64,000 nucleotides of DNA from contig JBBTCT010000012.1 of NCBI GenBank assembly GCA_038060895.1, positions 41,699 through 105,698 of the forward strand. Direction: 5' to 3'. Each line of letters opens with the position of its first letter. Position 1 is the stretch's first letter. This stretch comes from Planctomycetota bacterium (GTDB taxonomy: Bacteria > Planctomycetota > MHYJ01 > WSZJ01). Shown here in pieces: positions 9,071 through 21,450 of this stretch. A program made the translations under genes and the position numbers. Under the pieces are notes generated by a model that was not told where the DNA came from, did not search any database, and worked only from the letters and a program-made list of their open reading frames with translations.

Positions 9071-9612
9071 ACGAACGCACCGTCGCCCGCCGATACGCCA
9101 TGGCGCTCATCAGTCTCGCCGACCAGGGCAAGGCCGTGGAAGCGATCGAGACGGAGATCCTGCAGATCGCGGATTCGTGGCGCGGATCGCTGGACCTTCG
9201 CCGGGCGATGACCCATCCGCTGATCACGACCAAGGCCAAGAAGGACCTGTTCCGCCAGGCGTTTCCCGGGCTCTCGAAGTTGATGGGAGACTTCCTGGAC
9301 AGGCTGATCGAGAAGAAGCGCACTTCCTGCATCCCCGACATTGCCGAGATTTTCGACGACCTGGCGGACCGGTACGCGGGCGTCGTGAGGATGACGGTCG
9401 AAAGCGCGGTGCCGCTCTCCGACGCACAGAAAACGAAGCTTCACGGCAAGCTCGTGACGCTTTCGCAGGGACGCAAGGTCGAGCTGGACGCGAAGGTGAA
9501 TCCGGCGCTCCTGGGCGGCGTCCGCCTGAGGGTCCGGGATTCGGTCGTCGACGATACGGTGGCCGGCCGGTTGAAAGGGCTGAAGGAACTTCTGACGTCC
9601 ACGATGAGGTAG
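9067..9612 (+). CDS. atpH: F1 ATP synthase subunit delta
   Basis: VARRYAMAL, VNPALLGG, D.TV..RL motifs. Confidence 0.95.
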   Translation: MNERTVARRYAMALISLADQGKAVEAIETEILQIADSWRGSLDLRRAMTHPLITTKAKKDLFRQAFPGLSKLMGDFLDRLIEKKRTSCIPDIAEIFDDLADRYAGVVRMTVESAVPLSDAQKTKLHGKLVTLSQGRKVELDAKVNPALLGGVRLRVRDSVVDDTVAGRLKGLKELLTSTMR

Positions 9613-11175
<1,563 letters not shown>

Positions 11176-11190
11176 AAGGAACCTGAACCG

Positions 11191-12063
11191 ATGGCCGTAG
11201 GGAACATCAAGACGATCCGGACGAAAATCCGGTCGATCGGCAACATCAAGAAGATCACGCGCGCCATGGAAATGGTGAGCGCGGCGAAGCTCCGCAAGGT
11301 CCAGGAGCGCCTGATGGCCGTCCGCCCCTACGCTTCCAGGATCGCCGAATTCCTCACGGGCCTCGCCGGCCGCGTCCAGAACCTCGACTTCCCGCTCTTC
11401 AAGGCCCGCGAAACGGTCAAGCGCATCGGCGTGGTTCTGGTGATGGGCGAGAAGGGCCTCTGCGGCTCGTTCAACTCGAACATGCTGCGGTTCTTCAACG
11501 ATTTCCAGAAGAAGCACCCGCAACCGATGGACATGACGGCGATCTGCAAGAAGTCGGTGGATACGGCGAGGAAGATCCCGCTGACGCCCGTGGATGCGTA
11601 CGTCGCGCTCAAGACCGACGTGACGTTTGGCGAAATCCAGGGATGGACGAACAAGCTGATCGCGTCGTTCATCGAAGGCAAGGTCGATGAAGTCTGGGTG
11701 CTGTACACGGAATACGTCAACGCGGTGACGTTCCGGCCGCGCGCCGTCAAGTTCCTGCCGGTGCAGACGGAGAAGAAGGAAGGCGTAAAGGAAGAGGGCC
11801 CGAGCGAGTACGAGTTCGAGCCGGATCCCGCGAAGATCCTCGCCACCCTCATTCCGCGCTACGTCCAGACCACGTTCCACCGGCTGCTGCTCGAGTCGAT
11901 GTCGAGCGAGCACGCCGCCCGCATGAACGCGATGCACAACGCGACGGACAACGCCAAGGACCTCGTCACGTCGCTCACACTCATCTACAACAAGGCGCGC
12001 CAGGCGTCGATCACCAAGGAGCTGCTCGATATCGTGGGCGGCGCCGAGGCATTGAAGGGATAG
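11191..12063 (+). CDS. atpG: F1 ATP synthase subunit gamma
   Basis: KITRAMEMVSAAK, KGLCGSFN, YNKARQASITKEL. Confidence 0.98.
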   Translation: MAVGNIKTIRTKIRSIGNIKKITRAMEMVSAAKLRKVQERLMAVRPYASRIAEFLTGLAGRVQNLDFPLFKARETVKRIGVVLVMGEKGLCGSFNSNMLRFFNDFQKKHPQPMDMTAICKKSVDTARKIPLTPVDAYVALKTDVTFGEIQGWTNKLIASFIEGKVDEVWVLYTEYVNAVTFRPRAVKFLPVQTEKKEGVKEEGPSEYEFEPDPAKILATLIPRYVQTTFHRLLLESMSSEHAARMNAMHNATDNAKDLVTSLTLIYNKARQASITKELLDIVGGAEALKG

Positions 12064-13467
<1,404 letters not shown>

Positions 13468-13469
13468 CC

Positions 13470-13883
13470 GTGGCGAAGGAATTCCAGTTCGAGGTCGTGA
13501 CGCCCGAGCGCACCGTGTTCTCCAAAGCGGTGACAAGCGTCATCATGCCCGCGCACGAAGGCTACCTCGGCGTGATGGCCGGCCACGCGCCGCTCCTCGC
13601 GCTCATCCGCCCCGGCGAGATCGTCATCCGCGGTGCCGACGGCAAGCAGGAGGAGATCGTCGTCGCGGGAGGTTTCGCGGACGTCCGCCCGGAAAAATGC
13701 CTCATCCTCGCCGACGCCGCCGAAACGCCGGACCAGCTCAACGTCGAACGCGCTCGCAAAGCGCTGGAGAAGGCGAAGCAGGCCTTGGCGGAAAGACGGC
13801 CTGGCACTTCGCAGGAGGAGCTGGACGCCGCCGTCGCCCGTGCGGAAAACCGGGTGAGATTTGCGGAGCGGCGGAAGAAGTAA
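13470..13883 (+). CDS. atpC: F1 ATP synthase subunit epsilon
   Basis: VVTPER, GYLGVMAGHAP, GGFADV, C-terminal helical hairpin. Confidence 0.96.
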   Translation: MAKEFQFEVVTPERTVFSKAVTSVIMPAHEGYLGVMAGHAPLLALIRPGEIVIRGADGKQEEIVVAGGFADVRPEKCLILADAAETPDQLNVERARKALEKAKQALAERRPGTSQEELDAAVARAENRVRFAERRKK

Positions 13884-13887
13884 GGCC

Positions 13888-13930
13888 GGAGGCTGGCAGA
13901 GGCTGGCGGACGCTGGCGAAGGCTAACGAC
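13888..13930 (+). repeat. Degenerate 10-nt tandem repeat (GGCTGGCAGA) after atpC
   Basis: ggctggcaga ggctggcgga cgctggcgaa ggctaacga; the same unit occurs reversed at 45008-45028. Confidence 0.6.
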
Positions 13931-13952
13931 TTCAGGCGCTTCAGATTTCGCA

Positions 13953-14447
13953 TTGCCCTCAACCTCCCGGATCGGTGAGACTCCCTTCGTGGACGTCATC
14001 ACCGGATGGAACTTCAGCCAGCCTCGCGAAAAGATGTGGCCGCTTCTCTGCAACTCGCGCATGGAGCCCGTCTGCTCCTGCCTCTTCGGGCTCGGGGTCC
14101 CGCGCCCCGAGGAATGCCGACTTCCCGAGGGGCACGGCGGCGAAGGAAGCGCCCGCCAGTGCGTTTCCAACCAGGGGACGATCGAGCAGCGGATCCTGGA
14201 ATGGCGCGAGCCGCAGCGGCTGAGGTTCCGGATGGAAGAAACGGACATGTTTTTCCGTCGCTGGGTTTCGGGAATTGAGGATTCGTTCGACCTCGAATCG
14301 ACCGCAACCGGCGGGACGCGGATCGTGCGCACGACCCGCCTGGTGTTGAAGGGTCGCTGCCGTGCAGCCAAATCAGTCGCTCTGTGGATCGCCCTCAAGC
14401 GCATCCATCGATTCGTGTTCCGCAACTGGCAGCGGACCGCGGCCTAA
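13953..14447 (+). CDS. SRPBCC/START-like (polyketide cyclase) family protein
   Basis: G.G..RQC...G...E.I.EWREP.RL.F...GGTRI.RTT fold pattern; start uncertain (TTG 13953 or GTG 13989). Confidence 0.7.
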   Translation: MPSTSRIGETPFVDVITGWNFSQPREKMWPLLCNSRMEPVCSCLFGLGVPRPEECRLPEGHGGEGSARQCVSNQGTIEQRILEWREPQRLRFRMEETDMFFRRWVSGIEDSFDLESTATGGTRIVRTTRLVLKGRCRAAKSVALWIALKRIHRFVFRNWQRTAA

Positions 14448-14448
14448 C

Positions 14449-15117
14449 GTGCGCCGCCTCTTCAACTCCGTTCCGGCAGCGATCGCCTGGCGCTATGCGG
14501 CGCATTCCGCGATGGTCGGCATCGCAATCTGGAACGAAGCTCGGCCGGCGCCGGCGGTACCGGACCTGCTTTTGCCGCACATCCCGAAGGTCGCGTGGAT
14601 CGCGAACCACAACTACCACATCTGGCTGCTCTGCTACATCCCGCTGGCCTTGTGGCTCTGGCGCGTCGACCGGCGCGCGTTCCTGCATTTCCTCTGGCTG
14701 GGCGGCTTGCTCAGCCTCGTTCGGGGCCTTTGCATCCCGCTCGCGGGGCTCGGGCCGCCGGAAGGGCCGGACGTGAACGCCGGGATAAGCGCCTCCACGA
14801 TGTGGCACAGCTGGCTTGCCATTGTCAATCCCTTCACGGCCCTGACCACCAACGCCGCGCACGTCGGCCTCACGAAGGACATGTTCTTTTCCGGCCACGT
14901 CGCGACGACGTTCCTCCTCTGGCTCTACTGCCGTCCGCATCGCCACCTGGGCCAGCTCGCCCTGGTAGGCCACATCGTCGTTACCGCCTCCATATTCCTC
15001 GCCCACCTCCACTACACGATCGACGTCGTGGGTGCGTGGGCGATCTCGGGGGCGATCTTCGCCTGGGCTGCCCAACGCTGGCCCGTGCGAGAGCACGTCG
15101 CAGCAGATCTAAAATAG
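14449..15117 (+). CDS. PAP2-related (sphingomyelin-synthase-like, PAP2_C) membrane phosphotransferase
   Basis: DMFFSGH and HYTIDV catalytic motifs, PDLLL N-terminal motif, several TMs; GTG start chosen after the upstream stop. Confidence 0.85.
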   Translation: MRRLFNSVPAAIAWRYAAHSAMVGIAIWNEARPAPAVPDLLLPHIPKVAWIANHNYHIWLLCYIPLALWLWRVDRRAFLHFLWLGGLLSLVRGLCIPLAGLGPPEGPDVNAGISASTMWHSWLAIVNPFTALTTNAAHVGLTKDMFFSGHVATTFLLWLYCRPHRHLGQLALVGHIVVTASIFLAHLHYTIDVVGAWAISGAIFAWAAQRWPVREHVAADLK

Positions 15118-15127
15118 GTCGTTTTCG

Positions 15128-15273
15128 TCAGCCGCTCAGGTGACGGCGGGCGGAGCGAGCGAAGGAGGGGCCGGGGGCGCGCCTCGCTCAACCGTTCGAA
15201 AACCCTGCCTGTCCGTGGCGCGCTCCCGTGCCCCTCCGAAGCGAGCGCAGCCCGCCGTCACCTGAGCGGCTGA
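15128..15273. repeat. 146-bp MITE/REPIN-like palindromic element with perfect 24-bp terminal inverted repeats
   Basis: tcagccgctcaggtgacggcgggc (15128-15151) is the exact reverse complement of 15250-15273; inner imperfect stem at about 15164-15183 / 15218-15237. Confidence 0.85.
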
Positions 15274-16184
15274 GGGTAGTACTCCGGCTTCACCGGCTTG
15301 GGCTTGTCCACAGGTTTGGCACCCGTGAAGTCCGCCTCGCCCAGCTTCACGGCCGTGCGCCACTCGAGAGTCAGGTCGATCTTCAATTTCGACTCACCCT
15401 GTTGCACCTTCACATCCAGATCGCCCTTGATCTTTCCATCGGCCTTGACGTTCACCACGATCCCGGAGTCCAGCCCCCAGAAGACGTCGCCCTTCAGCGT
15501 GATCGTCACTTCGCTCGAAGGGGCGCCCTGAACGGCGATCTTTCCCTTTGCCGTCAAGTCGATCTCGACACGGGCGCATTTCAGGCCGTCCTTGTCACGG
15601 ATCTCGCCGAGCTTGCACTGCATCTCGACTTCCGTCGCTTCGAATCCCGGGAATTCCGTCTCGAGCCACACCTTCGTCTTGTCCTTGTCGCCGTCCCAGG
15701 TGTTCCCGACCGAGACGACCTTTCCGCTCGCGATCGCGGCCGTCAGCGGATCGCCCAGCGGCTCCTTCTTGAGGAGATCTTCGTCGAGCTTCGAGCCCGC
15801 GTTCGTCGCGCCTCGCGTGTCCCCGGGCCCGAGAGTGATGTCCGCTCCCTCGAGCGGGTGATTCTGCGTCTGCTCTCCGCCAAACATCGGCCCGAGATTG
15901 AAGTCCGCGCGACGCTCCGGGTACCAGCGACGCAAGTGAACGGGCGCACCCGACTTCGCGTCGAGGATCTCCTCGACCGACTTCAAGGAGGCCGCCATCT
16001 TGATGTCGAAGGAGAGCGCAAATCCCCCTCCGCCGCCCCCGAGCATGCACTTCCCTTCCGCGGTCGCGCTGGACGTGCGCGTGAACTTGAGCCCCTTCTT
16101 CACGTTGACTTTGATCTCGGCCTTGTCTTCGGCGAGGGCAGGAAGAGCCGCGAGCGCGGCGAGGGCGAAGGCGACGAGGCGCAT
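15258..16184 (-). CDS. Secreted hypothetical protein (beta-rich)
   Basis: Signal peptide MRLVAFALAALAALPALA-ED at ATG 16184; Lys-rich beta-strand pattern. Confidence 0.8.
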   Translation of the reverse strand: MRLVAFALAALAALPALAEDKAEIKVNVKKGLKFTRTSSATAEGKCMLGGGGGGFALSFDIKMAASLKSVEEILDAKSGAPVHLRRWYPERRADFNLGPMFGGEQTQNHPLEGADITLGPGDTRGATNAGSKLDEDLLKKEPLGDPLTAAIASGKVVSVGNTWDGDKDKTKVWLETEFPGFEATEVEMQCKLGEIRDKDGLKCARVEIDLTAKGKIAVQGAPSSEVTITLKGDVFWGLDSGIVVNVKADGKIKGDLDVKVQQGESKLKIDLTLEWRTAVKLGEADFTGAKPVDKPKPVKPEYYPQPLR

Positions 16185-16273
16185 GGAGGGGCTCCGGAAC
16201 GAGGGCACACGGCGAAAGGCGAACGCTCCGCGACACGATATCGCGGCGCGGGTGGATGGCGAAGCGCGAATTA

Positions 16274-16987
16274 CTACATCCGGCGGCGCATCCGTCTCGT
16301 CTCCTGCGACAACAGCGGCCGGTTCGTGAGCATTTCGAGCCGCGCGCCCGGGGGCAGAGACTTCGGGATGTCTTCCTGGTCGAGGCGGTAGACGGGGTCG
16401 CCGTGAGGTGAGGTGTGATAGATAACCGGGATGCACGACACCTTGCCGAGCGACGAAATCCATTTCCGGAAGGCGTTGCCGTGGTTTCGGTCGCCCATGG
16501 CGAGGTACGGCGGGTAGACGACGATGTCCGGCTTGACGTCCTTCTCGAGGTAGGTCCAACCCTCGTTGTCCATCAGCGAATCGCCCAGGAACACGATCGT
16601 TTCGCTTCCCTGCAGGATGTACACGATGCCGGGTTCGAATCCCTCGCGCGTCTTCACGCAGCGGATCTTCATGTGCTCGCCGATGGCGTACGTCTCGTCG
16701 GCCTTCGCGATCGCCCACTGGATGTCGGTACGGCGGGTGCGGAGAAGGGCCTTCATGGCGGACTTGGGAGCGATGACGCGTCCGCGCAGCTCGGCGACGG
16801 CCTTCACAGTTTCGGGTTCGCAGTGGTCGCCCTTGTCGGTCGTGATGAGGACGACGGAGGCCTGGGGACCGGCGTCGGGCTGGAGGGTCGTGCAGAGCTT
16901 CGCGTTGGCGCGAAGCGGATCGACGAGGATGGTCTGGCCGAACATGAAGACACGGACGGTGCCGTGGCCGAACCAGGAGAGTTCCAT
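16274..16987 (-). CDS. MBL-fold (UlaG-like) protein with degenerate metal site
   Basis: LSWFGHG, ILVDP, LGDS fold motifs; HxHxDH replaced by TDKGDH. Confidence 0.8.
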   Translation of the reverse strand: MELSWFGHGTVRVFMFGQTILVDPLRANAKLCTTLQPDAGPQASVVLITTDKGDHCEPETVKAVAELRGRVIAPKSAMKALLRTRRTDIQWAIAKADETYAIGEHMKIRCVKTREGFEPGIVYILQGSETIVFLGDSLMDNEGWTYLEKDVKPDIVVYPPYLAMGDRNHGNAFRKWISSLGKVSCIPVIYHTSPHGDPVYRLDQEDIPKSLPPGARLEMLTNRPLLSQETRRMRRRM

Positions 16988-17054
16988 GCGAGATCCTGTA
17001 GGGGGGTGGAGGGGGCGGGATGATAGCAGCGGGGGTTGGGAGGTGGGGGGGGGA

Positions 17055-17191
17055 AAACGGCAACAACGAAACGAAAAACTAAAAACGAAAAACTAAAAAC
17101 GAAAACCAATCCGAAACTCGGGCGTGGATTTTTCGCGGCTGTTCTTTTCGTTTTTCGTTTTTTCTTTTTCGTTTTTCGTTTTCTTGCTGCC
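17055..17191. repeat. AT-rich inverted element of 7-nt units (AAAAACG / CGTTTTT), copy 1
   Basis: Left arm 17055-17105, 39-nt spacer, right arm 17145-17191; the left arm is 49/51 identical to the reverse complement of 54997-55047. Confidence 0.9.
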
Positions 17192-17266
17192 CTTTTTCTC
17201 TCCCGCGGATTCCTCCTTCGCCAAGCCCCACATAATCGGTATTGTGCCGCCATTCCGGAGGACTCG

Positions 17267-20110
17267 ATGGCCGACAAAAAACTTCACGTCACTTGTGCCT
17301 GTGGCCAGACCCTTGCTTTCCGCCCCGAGCAGGCAGGCGGGCGCTTCCGCTGTCCCGCTTGCAAGGAACCGCTCGACCTGACGGCTCCGGGCGACCGCGA
17401 GACGGATCCCGAACCTCCGCGGTCGGCGGCGCGGGGAGCGACGCCGAAGAGGCCGGGGTCGGGATTTACAGCACGTCCTCCGGCGGGCGCCCCCTCGCGT
17501 CCGGGCGCGGGATCGGGACTGACGTCGCGGCGAAGGCCGCCGGCAGAGGAAGAGGCGGCGGAGGAAGAAGCGCCGGCCAGCTCGAGGGGAAGAAGCGGGA
17601 TGTCCACGCGCGGCCGCGGAACGCCGGCGGCGCAAGCCGTGCCGGCGGAGCCTGTGTCGCCGGAAGCGGCCCGCAAGAAGAAGATCATGATCATCGCGGG
17701 AGGCGGCGGGGTGCTCGTGCTCCTTCTCGTCATCGTCGGCGTCATCGCTCTGAAGGGCCCGGGAAAACCCGAGAACGCGGGAAAGATCAGCGAGGGTACG
17801 GAAGTCTGGAAGACTCTGGCGGACGGTTTTCGAATCGCGGAGAAGCAGGATGAGATTCCGGCGCGCGATGCGGCTTACAAGAAGTCCCTCGACGCGATCG
17901 AGGGGACGCGGACGCTTCACGACTACGGCTGGCCCGACTTCTTCAAGGGCCGCGCGCTGTCGCGCATGGGAAAGTATGACGACGCCAAGGCGGCGTTCGC
18001 GGCCGCGATCGAAAAGCTCGACAAGGGCGCGCAGAATTACGCGAAGATCGAGCGCGGCCTGATCGCCGGACGCCGGCAGCTCGAAAGCCTGCTCCGCTCA
18101 CGGCGCTTCCGCGCCGGCGGCGTCTCGCTCGCGCCCGACGCAGCGGCGGAGGAAGCCGGGAAGGCCGCGATCCCGGACCTGAAACTGGCGGACTCGACCA
18201 AGGAAACGGCGTTCTTCCCGTCGTCGCTCCTCGCGCTCGCGCAGGCGGAGGCCGACCGGATCGACGGCCGTCCTTCCGCGGCGATCGGAAGGTACGAAAC
18301 GGCGTCGAGCTCGCAGTCGGTGGCCGGCTACGCGCAGGCGGCGATCGGCGGGCTGTACTACGAACTCGACAAGTGGGAACTCGGGATGAAGTCGATGGAA
18401 GCGGCGCTCGAAGCGGATCACGGGTCGGGTCTCGCGCGGCTCTCGACGGCGTGGGGTCTGCGGCGGCGGGCGCTGGCCGACATGACGAACAAGGACGCGC
18501 TCGCGTGGCTCGACCGCGCCATTGAAAATGCAGACAAGGCTGCATCGGAAGGGCATCCCGCAGGACCGGCGGCGTCGGCGTGCCTCCGGCTCGACCGCGC
18601 GACGGTGAAATTCGAAACCGGCGGCGATGGTCAGGCAGACCTCGACGACGCCTCGGCGAAGGCCGACGAAGCCGTTTCGAAGGACGCGGGCGACATCTCG
18701 GCGCAGGAAATCAAGGCGATGGCGGCGTTCCTGAAGGCGACGCGCGACGAGCGCGCCGGCAAGGACGTGTGTGCCGCGCTCGACGGCGCCATCAACGTGC
18801 TCAGTTCCATCGCGGGTGACGGCAAGGACTTCCCCGCCCTTCTCAATCGAGGCCGTGTGCTGCTGAAGCGCGCCCGCGCCGAGGCCGCGAAAAACCGCGA
18901 TGCGGGACCTTTCTACGAACGCGCGGCCAAGGACTTTGAATCCGTGCGCGGCAATGACGGGCCCAGCGGAGGCACGATCGAGCCGTTGCTCGGAAGCGCG
19001 ACGGCGCGTGTCGAGAAGGCGATCGAGGACTCGAAGAAAGGCACGGATTCGAGCGCCGTGTTCGAAAAGGTCATCAAGGAAATGACCGCGGTCATCAACC
19101 AGTACCCGAACCGCCTGCAGGCGCTGGAAGCGCGCGGCCTCGCGAGGTGGGCGCTGAGCGACGCGTACAACAAGCAGGGGAAAACCGCCGAGGCCAACAA
19201 AGCCCTGGACGAGGCGCTCACCGATCTCGACCAGCTCTTCACCAAAATCCCGTCTTACCGGGTCGGTGAAATCCTCGTTGATGCCTGGATCGCGCAGGGC
19301 GAGGCCAACATCAAGGCCGACATCAGCCCGCGCGGGCCGTTCGACAACGCGTCGCGCCACATCGAGACGCTTCTCAAGATGTCCCCCAGCCTGCCGCTTC
19401 AGATGCGCCGCGGGAAGGCGCTCGTCCGCTCCGCCGATTTCTCGCTGAAGAAGAAGGAAGACCCCCGCATCCAGCTGACGACCGCGGTCGGCGACTTCAG
19501 CGCGGTCCTGAACGCCCAGCCCGACAACATCGACGCCCTCTGGGAACGCGGACGTGCACTCTTCCTCATCGGCAAGGCCGAACAGGCGGCGCAGCAGGAT
19601 TCGCGCATCAACCTGAACGGGGCCATCCGCGACCTCGAGTCGCTCCTGAAGAAGGATCCCAGTCACAAGCAGGCGGCCTTCACCTGCGCCGACGCGGTCT
19701 TCTACATGGCCCAGGTTGACTTCCTGCGCGGAAACGACCCGCTCGACACCCTGAGCCGGGCGGTCGGGATGTTCGAAATGGCCGTGAAGCTCGACGACAA
19801 GAACCCGGAGACCTGGAACGGGCTGGGGAACGCCTGGCTGGTGACTGCGGAAGCGTCGCGACGGGCCGCGAAAGAGTACTCGCTGGCGCTGGAAAAGTCG
19901 GAGGAGGCCTACACGAAGTCGATCAGCATGGAGTACTGGAAGTCACTGATGAACATGGGGATTGTGAAGGCGTATCAGCTCAAGTTTGCCGAGGCTGAGG
20001 CCTTGTGGGACGACGCCGCGGCCAAGTGCCCCGAGAAAGCAGCGGAAATCGAGGGCACGAGGAAGTGGTACCGGGAGATGAAAGACCGTCTGAAGGATCC
20101 CGCGAAATAG
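17267..20110 (+). CDS. Zn-ribbon / linker / TM / long TPR-repeat protein
   Basis: GGAGG RBS before ATG 17267; CACG...CPAC zinc knuckle, Pro/Arg/Gly linker, one TM, ~750 aa of TPR-like helices. Confidence 0.85.
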   Translation: MADKKLHVTCACGQTLAFRPEQAGGRFRCPACKEPLDLTAPGDRETDPEPPRSAARGATPKRPGSGFTARPPAGAPSRPGAGSGLTSRRRPPAEEEAAEEEAPASSRGRSGMSTRGRGTPAAQAVPAEPVSPEAARKKKIMIIAGGGGVLVLLLVIVGVIALKGPGKPENAGKISEGTEVWKTLADGFRIAEKQDEIPARDAAYKKSLDAIEGTRTLHDYGWPDFFKGRALSRMGKYDDAKAAFAAAIEKLDKGAQNYAKIERGLIAGRRQLESLLRSRRFRAGGVSLAPDAAAEEAGKAAIPDLKLADSTKETAFFPSSLLALAQAEADRIDGRPSAAIGRYETASSSQSVAGYAQAAIGGLYYELDKWELGMKSMEAALEADHGSGLARLSTAWGLRRRALADMTNKDALAWLDRAIENADKAASEGHPAGPAASACLRLDRATVKFETGGDGQADLDDASAKADEAVSKDAGDISAQEIKAMAAFLKATRDERAGKDVCAALDGAINVLSSIAGDGKDFPALLNRGRVLLKRARAEAAKNRDAGPFYERAAKDFESVRGNDGPSGGTIEPLLGSATARVEKAIEDSKKGTDSSAVFEKVIKEMTAVINQYPNRLQALEARGLARWALSDAYNKQGKTAEANKALDEALTDLDQLFTKIPSYRVGEILVDAWIAQGEANIKADISPRGPFDNASRHIETLLKMSPSLPLQMRRGKALVRSADFSLKKKEDPRIQLTTAVGDFSAVLNAQPDNIDALWERGRALFLIGKAEQAAQQDSRINLNGAIRDLESLLKKDPSHKQAAFTCADAVFYMAQVDFLRGNDPLDTLSRAVGMFEMAVKLDDKNPETWNGLGNAWLVTAEASRRAAKEYSLALEKSEEAYTKSISMEYWKSLMNMGIVKAYQLKFAEAEALWDDAAAKCPEKAAEIEGTRKWYREMKDRLKDPAK

Positions 20111-21394
20111 CTAGAGAGCGCGAAAGGCAGCCGAGGCAGAGCGCACGACGTCGCCGAGCATTCGGCTCGTGTGGGCGGTTGAAATGAACGCCGCCTCGAA
20201 CTGCGACGGGGCGAGCATGACGCCGCGGTCGAGCATGGCGTGGAAGAAGCGCGCGTAGCGTTTCGTGTCGCTTCGGGCCGCGGAGGCCCAGTCGGTGACG
20301 GGGCCGTCCTGGAAAAATGCGGTGGCCATGGAGCCGACGGCGTTGATGACGAGCGGGACCCGGGCGCTTCGTGCGGCGTCCCCGAGCGCATCGCCGAACG
20401 CGCGCATCCGCGACGCGAGGTCGCGGTAGAGGCCCTTCCTGCGGAGAAGGCGGATCGTCGCGAGCCCGGCGGCGACGGCGCACGGGTTTCCCGAGAGCGT
20501 CCCGGCCTGGTAGACCGGGCCATCGGGGGCAACGAGCGCCATGATGTCCGCGCGACCGCCGTAGGCCGCGAGCGGGAGGCCGCCGCCGACGATCTTGCCC
20601 AGCGTTGTCAGGTCGGGCCGGACGCCGAAGAGCGCCTGCGCGCCGCCGATGCCGACGCGGAATCCGGTGATGACCTCGTCGAAGACGAGGAGTGCTCCCC
20701 AGCTGTCGCAGAGCCGGCGAAGGCCGGGCAGGAAATTGGGCTCGGGTGGGACGACGCCCATGTTGCCCGCGACCGGTTCGATGACGACGGCCGCGATGCG
20801 CTTCCCGCGTCTGCGGAACAGCGTCTCCACGCTCTTCAGGCTGTTGTACTGCGCCGTGAGCGTCAGCGCCGCGACCGCGCTCGGCACGCCGGCGCTCGCC
20901 GGGATCCCGAGCGTCGCGAGCCCGCTCCCGCCCTTCGAAAGAAACCCGTCTGCATGCCCGTGATACCCGCCCTCGAACTTCACGATCAGGTCGCGCTTCG
21001 TGAACCCTCGCGCCACGCGCACCGCGCTCATCACCGCTTCCGTCCCGCTCGACACCAGCCGCAGCTTCTGCATCGAAGGCATCGAAAGCCGGATTTCTTC
21101 CGCGAGTTCCGTCTCCGCCGCCGTCGGTGCGCCGAACGTCGAGCCGTTCGCGGCCGCGCGCGCGATTGCACGGACGACCTTCGGGTGCGCGTGCCCCAGG
21201 ATCAGCGGGCCCCACGACCCCACGAAGTCCACGTAGCGGTTGCCGTCCGCGTCCCAGACGTGCGGGCCGCGGCCGCGGGCGAGGAAGCGGGGCGTTCCGC
21301 CGACGGAACGGAAGGCGCGCACCGGCGAATTCACGCCTCCGGGAAGCATGCGGCGGGCGAGGGCGAAGAGGGCGACGCTGGTCTTCGTTTTCAT
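20111..21394 (-). CDS. hemL: Glutamate-1-semialdehyde 2,1-aminomutase
   Basis: PGGVNSPVRAF, SSGTEA, FDEVITGFR, LGKIVGGGLP, YQAGTLSGNP, PSQFEA. Confidence 0.97.
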   Translation of the reverse strand: MKTKTSVALFALARRMLPGGVNSPVRAFRSVGGTPRFLARGRGPHVWDADGNRYVDFVGSWGPLILGHAHPKVVRAIARAAANGSTFGAPTAAETELAEEIRLSMPSMQKLRLVSSGTEAVMSAVRVARGFTKRDLIVKFEGGYHGHADGFLSKGGSGLATLGIPASAGVPSAVAALTLTAQYNSLKSVETLFRRRGKRIAAVVIEPVAGNMGVVPPEPNFLPGLRRLCDSWGALLVFDEVITGFRVGIGGAQALFGVRPDLTTLGKIVGGGLPLAAYGGRADIMALVAPDGPVYQAGTLSGNPCAVAAGLATIRLLRRKGLYRDLASRMRAFGDALGDAARSARVPLVINAVGSMATAFFQDGPVTDWASAARSDTKRYARFFHAMLDRGVMLAPSQFEAAFISTAHTSRMLGDVVRSASAAFRAL

Positions 21395-21450
21395 CGGGCG
21401 CGGAGTCTAGGCCGGGCTTCGAGCGGAGTCGAGAATCCCGATCTCCCGCT

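Noticed and set aside
17055-17191. CRISPR array interpretation of the repeat/spacer elements
   Set aside because: The arms are inverted, low-complexity and enclose a single spacer; there are no direct repeats with regular spacers and no cas genes.
17036-17266. N-terminal extensions in the ORF track (17036, 55007, 24137, 44352, 17066 minus)
   Set aside because: They translate repeat DNA or overlap other genes. Better starts with an RBS, -10 box or signal peptide exist at 17267, 55091, 24698, 45093 and 16184.
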